Source of the DNA: Eledone cirrhosa
Lineage: Eukaryota
Direction of reading: 5' to 3'
Length of the DNA stretch: 64,000 nucleotides
Assembly (NCBI GenBank): GCA_964016885.1
Contig: OZ024742.1
Location: 204,724,001-204,788,000, forward strand
Part shown: piece by piece, positions 52,301 through 64,000 of the stretch
Layout of the letters: each line of letters begins with the position of its first letter
How positions within the stretch are numbered: position 1 is the first letter of the stretch
Notes under the pieces: model-generated
Database searches by the model: none
Seen by the model: only the letters and a program-made list of their open reading frames with translations
Told to the model about the DNA's origin: nothing
Made by a program: the position numbers and the translations under genes

Positions 52301-55300
52301 AATTATAAAAAACAATTGACAACAGCAGTAATTTTAAATATGATCCTAACATAAATATATCTAAATATGTATCTAAAAATGGAAGTAATCTTTTAGATCC
52401 ATCTAAAATGATAGGAACACCTTTAAAGTTTCAACTATAACATATTTTAATAACAATTTTGCTTATATTGCTTATTCACTTTGAAAACCATGTACATCAT
52501 CGATCGTCATCATTTTTGCATCAACTTTTCCATGCTAGCATGGGTTGGAAGGGACTTTATGAGGCAATGCTTTAGTCAGCTGCCCTTCCTGACACTAACC
52601 CTTTTATTTGCTCCTTACGCCAAACAGGAATAAGGTGTTGTAAACTGGATATAGCAGTGAAGTAACCTGTAAATATTTTCTTTACAGAAGGCCGAGGGTG
52701 TCTTGGCATCACTCAACAAGACCTTTGTTAGCTGCTCTCCAGCCATCTATTTAAAGCTGTATACAGCTATGGTACGACCACACTTGGAATTCGCATCATC
52801 AGTCTGGAACCCCTATCTTGCTCAGAACACTGACCTCCTGGAAACTGTTCAGAGACGTGCAACCAAGCGCATACCCTCCATCAGACACCTACCATACTCT
52901 GCACGCCTTGCTTCCCTGGGCATGGATTCATTGAAGCTCCGACGTCTGGCAATGTACTTGGTAAACACCCACAAAGTTACTAACCATCTTGCCAACAACA
53001 ACCCTGAGCACCTTTTTGATCTCCATGTGTCTAACATACATGGACATGCCTACAAAGTCAGAAAACAGCACAGCTCCCATGACTTTCGGAAACATTTTTT
53101 CATCCTTAGAGTTGCTGAAGCATGGAACAAACTGCCTGCGTCAGTTGTTAGCTGCCTAGACACTGTATCCTTTAAAACCCTCATGCTTCCCGAAATTCGC
53201 CAAATCTACACCTGATGTCATCCCTCCATACACATGCACACGTGTATATCATGACTCATGCACTGTTCATTTTCCTGACGTTTGTACATTACCCTATGTA
53301 CTATACATACACTTTTGATGAGTTGTAGTGCACCTGAGCACTGTACACAATATTTTCATTATTATTATTATACTACATTTGAGGTCCATTCTTCTTATCT
53401 GTTTAATTCACATAGACATAAAATCATAGCACCAACTACATTTCCAGTTGTTGTGCACTCTTAGTGATAACATTTTTCATTAAGATGAACTAAAATTATA
53501 CTGCCTATGTTCATATGTGTGTAGCTACTCTATAGCTCCTGACATCTATTTAAGATCCAATGTTATTATATTCCCTCAGTAGAGCACTGTGCCTATCTAC
53601 TATAAAGGTAGAAATAGAGAGAGGTATATAGATAGCTAAAAAGAGAGAGGTATAGAAAATAAACAAAACAAAGAAGACATGTACAAGAGAAACATGTGTC
53701 ACTATACTTACTTTATCCCTTACTTTTTTCATTCGAGACTTCGATTTCCGTTTATCTTTAGGAGGACGGCCAACAGGTCTTGGTATGTTATTTTTGTCTT
53801 TATTAATGCCATTTAGTCGCTGAGTTCTGCCACCAATTACACCACGGCACTTCTCAGTCCCACAACGACAGATTTGCTGAAGAATTTTGAAGAGAAAAAA
53901 ACAATAAAGACAACTGCAATCAAATAATTGTCCAGCTTCACCACAACTATAAAGGGGAAGCTGATAGTAAGTACGATATGTACCAAAGCTAATATATAGT
54001 AAGTACTACAGGTGCTGAAGCCAATATATAGTAAGTACTATAGGTACTAAAGTTTATAGATAACAAGTACTATAGATACCAAAGCTAATATATAGTAAGT
54101 ACTATAGCTATCAAAGCTAATACAGGTAAAATTCCGTTAAAATGAGTACCATTGTAACAAATTTTTCAATCCCTGGCCACACACTCAATGTGTTAAGTCG
54201 AACTTGTTATAAAGAATTTTTCGTTACAATGAATTTTTTTTTATGCCCTGTGAATTTCATTATAATGGAATTTCACTGCATATAGTAAGTACGATAGGTA
54301 TCAAAGCTAATATATAGTAAGTACTATATGTATCATTGATCATCATCATCATTCCTCGACTACTGTCGAGATGATGGATCTCACTCTCATGCCCCAGAAT
54401 TCCCTGTCCCCCATCGCTGCCCCCCAGGTCCTGTCTACTGATTCCCGTATCCCTAGAGATCATTATGATCAGAAACAGGACCCAAGAAAGCAGGGGCTGG
54501 ACCTATATCAACAGGTATACCATATAGTGTGGTTCCCTGAGGAACAGGAACCCCTGTGCAGCTAGTTGCGAAATCCATCATCTTTTCAAATAGCTAATAA
54601 TGTGTGTGGGCGCCACTACTACACACATGTGAAAGAATTTGACAGCCAAGTCTTGAAGAAGGTGCTTTCTCCTACGTGTGGTGGGTTACCCTGCGCCAGA
54701 TACCAACCTGGCATTTATACCCTCGCCCTAATTGTTCGTGTTGCAAGCACTAGAGTAGTCGCTAACCAAAGCTACGGACCCACTCTATCCGTCTGGAGAT
54801 ACGTTGTACTAGCTTACCAGCATACTAGTAGCAGGAAGTAACGTCAGGGAATGTGACTTTTCCGGCACTGCAGCGCCTTTCGGCGGGCCGTGCTGGTTTT
54901 GGATGGCCATTGACTCCAAGAGCTCTAAGAGCTCCCAGGAGTTCCTTTGCCCTTTGACAGGTTTTGTTTTTAGTCCTGCAGGATGTCCAAAGTCACCCTC
55001 CTCACCAAGAAATCTTGGTGGGGTTGCCAGTTTAGTCGCCAACGACCCAACCATGAGACAGGTTGTACGGGGATACATGTTACCAGTAGCACCAACTGGT
55101 GACCTGACAATATCATTGAAATGACAGGAAGAGAGAAGAAAGTAGCAGTTTGCAAAATGGTGGAAGCAACAGAAATGGTTTCTTGTTGGCTATGGAGCAG
55201 ATAAGCTAGAATCCAGGATGAGAAGATGGACAGTGATTTGGTCACCATTGCTGACCTATCAATAGGGTCAAAACACCCAATAAACATTGGACACCATCTG

Positions 55301-58300
55301 ATGATATCAACGACTCCTGACCAAGACTATTTTCACCAAAGGTATACAAATGTGAGCCATCTTTTTTAAGATGTAATGATATGAATTAATATGATACATT
55401 AGACATTCACTCGCTGAGTCCCAGTGACTTTGATATTGATCTACTTTGTAGCTAGAACTATACTCGTTTTCCAAAATTTAAAATAATAAAAGATTGTAAA
55501 AATTTACAGGCATGTAGGAGAGGGCTATTTGGGCTGGGACACAAAGGAAACATGAAACTAATGAAATACCTGTATAGAATACCTGTACAACATAATAATA
55601 TATGGTATGAAAAATGAAGAATAATTTTATTTAAATGTTTCAAAAATTATCAGTTTTCTGTTTTTTTCTGAGTTTTGGAAGCTACAAAACTGGTTGAGAA
55701 GTTGTAGTGAATTAATGATATATATATATATATATATCTACCTGTGAATCAGCATTATAAGCATGAAAGTTGTAATCATAGGTAATTTCAGTATATGGTT
55801 GGATATCTTTTAAGGCAAACAGTCCCATTCGATAATAACCACTGACATTCCTGAAAAAAAAACACAATAAATGCAACCATTATACATAAATACACATCAT
55901 TGCACAGGGCGGTGGATTGGCAGTATCGGTAGAGGGTCGGATGCCATGCTTTGCAGCACAGTTACGTCCCTTTACGGACTACGTTCAAATCCCGCCGAGG
56001 TTAACTTTGCCTTACATCCTTACGGGGTCGATAAAATAAAGTACCAGTAATACACTGAGATAATTGCTGGCATTCTGCCAAAAGTAGAAACAATTATATT
56101 ATATGCACAGGCATTATACATACATATCATTATATCAACACAGGCATTATAGTCCCACGTTGTTATGAGTGCACCAGCACAAGCACGGTTGTCATGTCTT
56201 TGACATAACTGAAGGTCCTCCCAACCCTTTGTTTGGCAAGCTTTCTATGGCAGAATGCCCTTCTTATCATCAACAACTTTACAGCATGTACTGGGTGCGT
56301 TTATCGTGGACATCACCAACACTAGAGAGGTTATCATGACCTTGACACAACTGGAGGGTCCTCAACCCTTTTAGGCGTAGTATCTACAGTGGAGTGCCCT
56401 TCTTTTTACCAGCCACCTTACAGGGTGTACCAGGTGCATTTTGGTGGCACCAACACAAGAGATAAGTATGAAGTTATAGATATATGGCAAGTGTGGTGTG
56501 ATTTGACAAAGTGATGAAAGGGAAGGGGAGACATTGATCACATTGGGGGAGAGGGGAATGTAGCCTGGAAAAATGGATGTTAAACAGTGATGATGATATA
56601 CATTTTATCAAAGCTAAATAGTGAGTCATGTTACTCTGGAGTTTCACCTGTTTATCACAGGGTCATCAGACAAGAACTCTCAGTCGACAACCACATAAAG
56701 ATATATATATATGAAATGACAGAGTCCTCAGACACACACCTATAGGTTCTATCAGAAGCAACCATCTCCAAGGGATCCAGTTGGATCCCCAAGCTCATGG
56801 ATGTTATCCAACTATCTTGCTCGTGATCTACCTCAGGGTGTCCTGCTGGTTGGCTTTGCCTGTAAAATCTGTCCAGCAATGTTTTCCTTAGACATTCTAA
56901 CCACTTGTCCATAGTACTAGAGCAGCGATCCATCCATTCGAAGAAGAAACAACTCTACCTGGAGTGACTCCCTAATCTCTGAGCTAGGACCCATATACAC
57001 TGTATCTCTATGTGTATCTGATTTAGAATAAGTACACTACACCTCTATGTGTATTTGATTTACAATAGGTATACTGTATCATTGTGTGTTTCCAGTTTAT
57101 AATAGGTACACCGTATCCCTGCATATTTCTAGTTTAAAATAGCTACACTATAACCCTGTGTGTATCTAGTTTACAATAAGTACACTGAATCCCAATATGT
57201 GTCTGGTTTACAATAGGCAAATTGTGTCCCTGTATGTATCTGGTTTAGGGCATGGACACACAAATAACATCTTGAGCACTATGTTGTACTATCACCAACA
57301 GCATCAACAAAACTCTTACCATTTCTGCATCTCACAGTTCGGGTCACACGAATGATTGACGAATCGTCCAATGTTTCCCATTCGATAACCATCAATCATA
57401 GCGCCACCATCCAGATTGAGGCAGTAATGATGTCGTTCTTGAGAATAATTCTCCGTCATTCTACGCCGGAATTCATTCTCGCTCACCACTTCTCCGAGAT
57501 ATTCAAGGATAAACTGACCTGGAACAAATAATAATGAAGATAAAATATTTAATGTGGACACACAAATAACTTGTAAACATAGACAGACATATAACATGTG
57601 GAACATGGACACACACATACCATGTAGTACATGAACACATGTAACATGAGAGCATGGTGAGACATAACATATAGTGCATGGACAGATATATAACATGTAG
57701 AGCATGTTGACAACCTGAATGGCTCGCCTAAGTCATCTAAGTGAAATCTTTCTGATTTTTTTACCCCAACTTTTCAGTCATAATTTATCTTTCTGTAATT
57801 TTTACGATCGAGGAAAACATACAAATTTTGAAGAAACAAATCAAAACAACTTGAGTTACTGCCCTTCTTTTTAATGTGGGCACGAATGCAAATTAGCGCT
57901 TGAACCCTGCCTGATGATGAGCCATATCTCATTCGGCCCACTTCTCGAAAAAGGTTGCCCATTACTGATGTAGAGAATGGTGAGACATATAAAATGTAGA
58001 GAACAGCAGTAACCCGGGCAATGCCGGGTCATTCAACTAGTTCTAACATAAGGGGCTATGGAAGAGTGTTTAAGTTTTTGAACCACATATTGATCACAGC
58101 TGAGCTGGAGTTCAACATCAAAATCAACAATATCAACAAATATTACAGTAACATTCAACAAAGAAAGTATGCTATTATCCCACTGAAGTCAACTTTGTCT
58201 TCCATCCTTCCTGGGTTGATAAAATAAAGTACCAGTCATGTATTGGTAGCGATGTAATCAACTGTCCACCAATTGCTTCAACTGGAAAGCATTACAGTCA

Positions 58301-60412
58301 GTATAATGTGTGGGGAATTCAATACAGGATTGAATAATAACAAACATATTAACAAGGTTTAAACCACATATAAATATGTATGTATGTATGTGTCAGTCTG
58401 TGTATGTATGTGCATATGTTAGAGTGTGTACACATCTGTGTTTGGGTGCATGTGTGTGTGTATGTATATATTATGTTTGCATGTGTATACAAATCAGCAG
58501 TATCATTTAAAATAATACATGTGTAATATGTTGTAAGACTTACCAGAGATAAGATGATGAGATGACCTGACACCATAACCTCGATCAGGCGTTAAAAACA
58601 TTTCTAGGCATGGTGCCCAAAGATGTTTTTGGAAACGATTATTCATACAGTTGTCTCCACAAGGACAGAGACCAGGAGAACACTCGGTGTAGATCATTCT
58701 AGAAGAATAATAATAACAGTAGCCATCAGTAATAAAAAACATTGAAGATAGGGACTTCAAACACAACAATCTGAATGACTAAAGCTAAATATTACAACAA
58801 ACATTTTAAGATACATAACTATACGAGCGAGACACGGTCACCCGATCAATCTTGCCTCAAGTGGGACAATTGCCGTCTAACCCCCATGCTAGTGTGGACG
58901 ATAGACGTTAAACGATGATGATGATGATTACCTTACTAAAGTAAGAGTTTGACTTGTCTCTATCTCTCCTCACCAAACCCTGAGCCTTCATACAGCCATC
59001 ATGGTCTTCCTCTTCCTCTACTTTACTCCAGTCATTTCCATCCCTCCTCTAACCCAGCTACTTTCATCCTTCCTCAACACATGACCCAGGTATTTTATTC
59101 CATTTCTCTTCAAAACATTCATCACCAATTCTATTCCTGTCACCCAGTCACTTTCATCCTTCATTACACATGACCCAGTCATCTCATTCCATTTCTCTTC
59201 TCAACATTCATCACTGGCTCTGGTGGGGTGGGGGTTGTTATGAGAATAGGTGTGTCATGATAGCCTCTACAAAGAATCTATAAAGTAATGCTAGTGACTT
59301 TTATATTCAAAAGGAAAAGAAAGTCAACACTCAAGTGCATACACACACATTTACAGGAAATAGAATGACAAAACTTCCTCCTCACAATGATCTGTGAGAA
59401 ATCCTTAGATTAAAACCACTTCAACAGAAAAGACCAATTGTATGAGTCAGTTGTACACCCATCTAATACAGTTTGGTATCAAACTGTTACTGAACCAGTT
59501 TAATACCAAACCACCTGAAATAGTCCCTCACTCTGAAGATACAAAATGTTCCATTGAGAAAGTTAGTTATAGTACTAAATCCCTCTAAATTCTTGATTAC
59601 TTTCAAAATTATTAGTAAAGAAAAGGTTAAATATGCATAACAGAGATATTTACCTGTTCAGACATTCATCTCCACATCCCCCAGAAGTTTTTGCTGAACA
59701 GCTACATGGGTGGAGTTCATAGCGAGAGACTGGTTTTATGTCAACATAGAAATCTAAATTTAATAAGAAAATAAATAAACAATTGAATGAAACCAATTTA
59801 ATATAGTTGTGGATATATAATCAATATTTAACACCTTGTAGCTAGGTCCGGATTAGACCAGAGGGGTGAAGTGCAGCTGAGCCACTTGGCACCAGCTTAC
59901 TTCCTGCAAATTCTCCTTTTATTCAATTCAGTTACATATAAATACATCATGCACATACACACATGTATGGATGTGAGCATGAAGGTCACCCTGATATAAA
60001 ACCGGCAACTTCATTTGCATCCAATAAGACCAGTTCTTCTTTTTGGGTAAATGCATTTGATCTTCAGAGAGTGGGATTGGCCCCAAGAAAAGCCTTTCCT
60101 TACTTAAAATAAGCTTCAAGCACAGCCATTGCTTGATATGTGACATTTTTTGCGATGTATGGTATTGCTTGCCATGGGCAAGTCTCTAGCAGGACTAAAA
60201 AGTCACATCTGTGATGCTCATGATTAAGTATCAAGTGATGGCATTACTCGAAATTGAGTTGCAGCCATCATCATCATCATTTATGTATGTATGTATGATG
60301 ATGATATATAATTATCTTGTTCTTTACCATCATAGTTGCAAAAGTGGACAAAAGTCACATACTTACTATTTTTTATTTTACGATAATTTAAATGGTCATC
60401 TTTTCTTACAAG
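34179..60412 (-). CDS. ASH1L: Histone-lysine N-methyltransferase ASH1L/Ash1, 3' 19 coding exons (899 aa plus stop; N-terminus outside the window)
   Basis: Domain order AWS-SET-postSET-bromo-PHD-BAH, with C-terminal [27 protein letters not shown]; all junctions GT-AG and phase-consistent. Confidence 0.96.
35367..35648 (-). CDS. ASH1L: ASH1L exon with poly-N and poly-Q tracts ([10 protein letters not shown]...)
   Basis: ctag|...|gtaacc; 94 codons. Confidence 0.9.
36042..36114 (-). CDS. ASH1L: ASH1L exon ([24 protein letters not shown])
   Basis: ctag|...|gtaagt. Confidence 0.92.
36360..36585. repeat. Minisatellite, ~38-bp unit
   Basis: Repeated ACCAACATATAGAATGGCAGGAGCTGGTTATAT. Confidence 0.85.
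37506..37687 (-). CDS. ASH1L: ASH1L exon, BAH part 3 ([16 protein letters not shown]...DVYICE)
   Basis: acag|...|gtaaa. Confidence 0.95.
38018..38102 (-). CDS. ASH1L: ASH1L exon, BAH part 2 ([18 protein letters not shown])
   Basis: ctag|...|gtaatt. Confidence 0.94.
38250..38875 (+). repeat. ~88-bp tandem repeat derived from a SINE tail
   Basis: Repeated CATGATAGGACTGG..CCTATCATTAAA..GGTCAGCTAAACCTA; follows a SINE-like head at ~38140; related to 34615-34810 and 49700-49900. Confidence 0.75.
39320..39555 (-). CDS. ASH1L: ASH1L exon, BAH part 1
   Basis: GDCAYVMRD...[13 protein letters not shown]; gtag|...|gtaagt. Confidence 0.94.
40611..40697 (-). CDS. ASH1L: ASH1L exon, PHD part 2 (WQHCDC...YLCELCDPR)
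   Basis: acag|...|gtaag. Confidence 0.95.
41188..41279 (-). CDS. ASH1L: ASH1L exon, PHD part 1 ([21 protein letters not shown])
   Basis: ctag|...|gtaagt. Confidence 0.95.
41414..41579. mobile_element. hAT (Charlie-like) MITE
   Basis: TIR CAGGCATGTCAAAC/GTTTCACATGCCTG; 8-bp TSD TTCTAGAC. Confidence 0.88.
41975..43150 (+). mobile_element. RTE-clade LINE 3' part (family B)
   Basis: ORF 42031-42753 ([28 protein letters not shown]); (GAT)n tail. Confidence 0.9.
43640..43817 (-). CDS. ASH1L: ASH1L exon, bromodomain end
   Basis: [20 protein letters not shown]; gtag|...|gtaat. Confidence 0.9.
45520..45720. repeat. 31-bp minisatellite
   Basis: ACTGGCTGATCCAGTCAAACAGATTATAGTA, about 6 copies. Confidence 0.9.
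45788..45975 (-). CDS. ASH1L: ASH1L exon, bromodomain ([19 protein letters not shown])
   Basis: ttag|...|gtaagt. Confidence 0.94.
46240..46540. repeat. 31-bp minisatellite (unrelated unit)
   Basis: GTCTAGACAGTAAAGTGACCTTGTGTACTCA, about 9 copies. Confidence 0.88.
46828..46925 (-). CDS. ASH1L: ASH1L exon, bromodomain start ([22 protein letters not shown])
   Basis: cacag|...|gtaagt. Confidence 0.92.
47440..48685 (+). mobile_element. RTE-clade LINE (family A, same as 23955-25012)
   Basis: [21 protein letters not shown]; (GAT)n tail. Confidence 0.9.
50181..50235 (-). CDS. ASH1L: ASH1L 55-bp exon ([18 protein letters not shown])
   Basis: tatag|...|gtaata. Confidence 0.88.
50598..50810 (-). mobile_element. 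tRNA-derived SINE nested in an older SINE, 21-bp TSD
   Basis: TSD ACACAATGCATTAATATAATG at 50577 and 50813. Confidence 0.88.
52029..52254 (-). CDS. ASH1L: ASH1L exon ([21 protein letters not shown])
   Basis: AAG acceptor; |gtagg donor. Confidence 0.88.
52690..53370 (+). mobile_element. CR1/L2-group LINE 3' end
   Basis: ORF 52703-53215 ([15 protein letters not shown]...WNKLP); (ATT)n tail. Confidence 0.9.
53712..53876 (-). CDS. ASH1L: ASH1L exon, post-SET ([16 protein letters not shown]...GRPP)
   Basis: ttcag|...|gtaagt. Confidence 0.94.
54340..55110 (-). mobile_element. Internally deleted non-autonomous RTE-like element with TSD
   Basis: TSD TATCATTGA at 54331-54339 and 55111-55119; (TGA)n tail; RTE-like C-terminal remnant ISRDTG. 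Confidence 0.65.
55742..55850 (-). CDS. ASH1L: ASH1L exon, SET end ([10 protein letters not shown]...EITYDYNF)
   Basis: ttcag|...|gtagat. Confidence 0.95.
55907..56095 (+). mobile_element. tRNA-derived SINE
   Basis: Same family as 23673-23862. Confidence 0.88.
57320..57518 (-). CDS. ASH1L: ASH1L exon, SET (FILEYLGEV...[16 protein letters not shown])
   Basis: ccag|...|gtaag. Confidence 0.96.
57703..57967. mobile_element. hAT-type MITE
   Basis: 8-bp TSD ATGTAGAG; ends ...CAACCT / AGGTTGCCCATTACTG. Confidence 0.65.
58008..58040 (+). mobile_element. Helitron-like 3' terminus remnant
   Basis: Hairpin ACCCGG-GCAATG-CCGGGT about 7 nt before CTAG|T. Confidence 0.55.
58544..58698 (-). CDS. ASH1L: ASH1L exon, AWS/SET start (MIYTECSP...RGYGVRS)
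   Basis: ctag|...|gtaagt. Confidence 0.95.
59654..59753 (-). CDS. ASH1L: ASH1L exon, AWS (FYVDIKP...CSC...CGDECLNR)
   Basis: tag|...|gtaaat. Confidence 0.92.
60367..60412 (-). CDS. ASH1L: ASH1L exon ([15 protein letters not shown])
   Basis: ttttgcag|...|gtaagt; phase fits the next exon. Confidence 0.8.
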
Positions 60413-60462
60413 CTGCAAAACATAAGAATTTTTTCCAGAATAAATACATCTGCCAGTAATAC

Positions 60463-60519
<57 letters not shown>

Positions 60520-61379
60520 AAGTATAAATATAAATATATACATATATATATATAACATACATATACATCACCTTAATCATTTAATATCCATGTTGATAAT
60601 AATGTATGTTTACGTTTTATATATATATGTATATATAAAGCACTCATATATATATATAAAGATTCATATATTAAACATGTAAACATACATATATACATAT
60701 AAAAGTTTATCATAAAAAATGAAACCACCAAGTTTGAGATGAAATGTAATGAATAGATGAATGTTACAAGAAAATATATTTTCATTATTGAATACAACAT
60801 AAAAATACACACACACACATGCACGTCTATGCACACATACATACATACATACGCGCACGCACACACACACATACAGGCATGCACACATACACACATATAC
60901 AGGCATGCACACACATACAGGTATGTGCACACACAAATATATACTTTGAAATACAGACACACACACATAAAACAAGATTAAATTTGGTAAGAGACTATAA
61001 TATTTTATAAGATTGGAATAGAATAAAATGCATGCATGTCTTAATGTAATATAACTATCGTCCTAAAGTGACAACCATGGCTTTGTCCAGAAAAGGACTA
61101 CAATGAATTGAACCCTGTTGTCACATTATGAAACAAGTCAGGTCAGGTGACCATACTCATACGGACCTGTATTTTGGCTTGGTTTTTATGGCTGGATGCC
61201 TTTCCTAACACTAACCATGTTAGTGTGGACTGGATGCTTTTTATCATGGCACCAAAACGACTATATAACAGGGTGACTGGGTTCTTTTTTATCGTGTCAC
61301 TAGCACGGCCATCTTATGAAGTGGACTGGCTGCTTTTTTCATGTCACCAGCATGACCATATATATATATATATAACAAA

Positions 61380-61567
61380 AGAAATGTGGTAAGGAACCAG
61401 GTGGACCATAACGCACCAAAGTACTCAATACTTAGGGTAGTAGAGTGGGTAATAGGAACGAGTAGGACCCCGACGGCAGAGCTCAAGCCGTTTCGACGGC
61501 TAATTCTGTCCAGAATTAGCCGTCAAAACGGCTTGAGCTCAGCTGTCGGGGTCCTACTCGTTCCTAT
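61380..61567. mobile_element. PLE-terminus-like remnant with ~58-bp palindromic arms in (TA)n
   Basis: 61452-61567 palindrome; same family as 1430-1692. Confidence 0.7.
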
Positions 61568-62959
61568 ATATATATATAGCTATTGTATATCCATACTATT
61601 TTTGTTCTAATAATTTCACAAGTAAATTACTTAGAAGTATTGATAAGTACTGAGGTCTGTAGGTAGATGGATGGGTGAGTAGGAAGATACGTAGGTAAGT
61701 AGGTAGACAGGCAGGCAGGTAGGTAGATAGGTAGGTAAACAGATAGATAGATAGGAGGTAGACATGTAGGTAGATAGGAGGTGGGCAGATATGTTAATTA
61801 GGTAGACACTTAGTAGACATGTAATAAACTCTGGTATCAGTAGAGTAGGTATATTCTAAACAAAGAAAGATGGGTAGGTAGAAAAATGGAGGTAATGAAC
61901 TTAGATGAATGATAGCCACATTCAGACTAATAGCAGGTAACATATTATCCCTGATTTTTTTTGGGTTGTCTTGAAACAGGATCATTGCCCAGCAAACAGA
62001 CTACTTCAATGAGGCCTTTCTGGAGATTAACTACCAACTTCAGTGGTCAAGTTGAGAATTATTAGATGGATATGTTGGTGTGGATGGAAGGCTATGGTCA
62101 TGTCATAATAAATGAATGAGTATTTCAATGTCTGTAGGGCCATGTGATGAATACGGCCTAAATATTTGCAACACAAATTTCAGAAAGAAAGCCATCCAAC
62201 CAACAGTTCACTGAAATGAGCATGAGGGCCACAATGGAACAACATAACATTTGCTCTCAGTCATAGGGGAAAGAAAGGAGCATGAAAATGTCAGTATAAA
62301 GGGTTGCTAAATAACATGGGTACACAGGATAGTGAGAATATGCTCACATTGGACCTGATAGAAGATTTGTTTCCGTATGACTAGTAAGGCTTTTAAGATG
62401 AAAATAGAGAAAACACTAAAAATAGTTGGTGAATTATTGTAGATAAATGATTTGTGAGAGATGTAGAAGCCATGAGTATGGCTATGACTGGTACCAATTA
62501 GAGTGAATCATTTAAGATAGAGGTAGGAGCTTATCAAGGTTCTCTCTGTCCTTAATCCCAGTAGTTCTTGGTTGATCTCAAAGATATGCAAAAACAGTTC
62601 TAAACTGGGAAATTAGACAAAAGAGCATGAAAGCTCAGTTCTGTAAAAGAAATATAACCTTGCAAGATTTCTAGGAAAGGGATAGTTAATAAGTTGATAA
62701 TCTGTAATAGTTGCTAACATTAGGTACACAAAAGAGGCAGAGTGGGATATTTGGCAGGCTGACAGAGAAGCAGGACTTGTTATGTGATGGATAAACAAGA
62801 GAAGTTAGTAGTAAGAATAATCATGACTTGAAGTCTATAAACAGTTCAGAAGGTTCACTAGATGTAATTGATACTTTCTGTTACCTAGGTGAGCTGAAAG
62901 GGGTTGTGAGATATACATTCACATATGTGTGTGTGTATATATATATATATAAATATATA

Positions 62960-64000
62960 TCATCATCATCTTCGTTTAACGTCCATTTTCCACGCTAGCA
63001 TGGGTTAGACGAGAGTTGTCCCGCTTGAGGCAAGGCTGGTTGGGTGACCGTGTCTCGCTCATATAGGGCTATCTGGCAGGTTTTCTACGGCTGGATGCCC
63101 TTCCTAACACCAACCACATTTACAGTGTGGAACTGAGAACTTTTTACTGTATTACCTACACGGCCACATTACAGCGTGGACTGTGTGTGTTTTTTGTCGT
63201 GACACCTACACGATCTCGATCTCATTTTCTCGTGCTGTTGGTGGGAGTGGGAGGATAGTGGATTGGGGTGTATATTTGGTTAAGAGGTACCTACTGACTG
63301 TAGGTTTCGCTTTGTACATAGGCAAGGCGGGTCTTCTGTATTACTGCGTAGCGCCAAAGATCTTGGTCCAGAGACATTGTCTTAGAGAGATAGATGTAAG
63401 TGTGTGAGGTCGGAATTTATCAGATCATCCCAGGTTTTTCTGGGTCTACCTACTCCGTAACTACCATCAATTTTGATCGCCCTACACTTTTTTATGCAGC
63501 TGTCGTCTTTCATGCGCATCATGTGACCATACCAACGTAGTCTTCTTTCAAGTAAACAGCATCTGATCCCTCTTATTCCTAATTTCTCACTTAGTTCATT
63601 TATGCTTTGCCGTTCACGTATATTACTATTACACATTCAACGGAGCATGCATGCTTCGTTCCTTTCCAGTCTACGCAGGTCCTCTGCACGTAATGCTCAT
63701 GACTCACTGCCATGTAGCATTGCTGTTCGTATACAGGCATCATACAATCTGCCTTTTATTTTTAGAGAGAAACCTTTTGTGGCCATCAGCGGTATAAGCT
63801 CTCTGAACTTTTTCCATATCGTTCTGACTCTGGCTACTGTACTTTCAGAACACCCTCCACCACTGCTGATTTCGTCACCCAGGTAACGGAAAGTGTCTAC
63901 TATTTCTATAGAACCATGTGGGCAATAGAAGGAGCTAGTATCCTTTGGACATTGCTACTTATTGCACCTGAGCATCGGCCACATATAAAGTCTAGATAGT
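62960..64000 (-). mobile_element. RTE-clade LINE (family B, same as 41975-43150); continues past the window end
   Basis: RLRWYGHMMR, GRPRKTW; shared 3' UTR and (TGA)n tail. Confidence 0.9.

Noticed and set aside
61452-61510. HDV-like ribozyme reading (...GGCTAATTCTG)
   Set aside because: No P1/P1.1 partners; better explained as the antisense of a hammerhead 3' half.
60450-64000. Further upstream ASH1L exons
   Set aside because: No matching peptide found; the region is microsatellite and decayed RTE.

Overview
AT-rich, microsatellite-rich animal genomic DNA. The SINE/RTE repertoire looks cephalopod (octopus-like); this is an inference, not verified. The right half (~34.2-60.4 kb, minus strand) holds the last 19 coding exons of an ASH1L/Ash1 histone H3K36 methyltransferase gene (AWS-SET-postSET-bromo-PHD-BAH). 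All exons have GT-AG junctions and consistent phases (2700 nt including the stop); the 5' exons lie beyond the window. Its introns carry RTE and CR1 LINE pieces, SINEs, MITEs and minisatellites. The left half (~0-31 kb) is an intergenic transposon field: a DD37D/maT element, several Penelope-like elements (PLE), R4/Dong-like, RTE and CR1 remnants. The main hidden signal is a dense set of type I hammerhead ribozymes (HHR) from several unrelated families, usually in head-to-head inverted insertions into (TA)n tracts. The most striking is a non-coding ~462-465 bp tandem/inverted repeat (15.3-16.9 kb and 18.6-19.8 kb) with one HHR per unit (six HHRs in total). It has a palindromic minimal stem III and strand-specific RNA structure, and is a candidate non-LTR retrozyme / self-cleaving circular-RNA retroelement.
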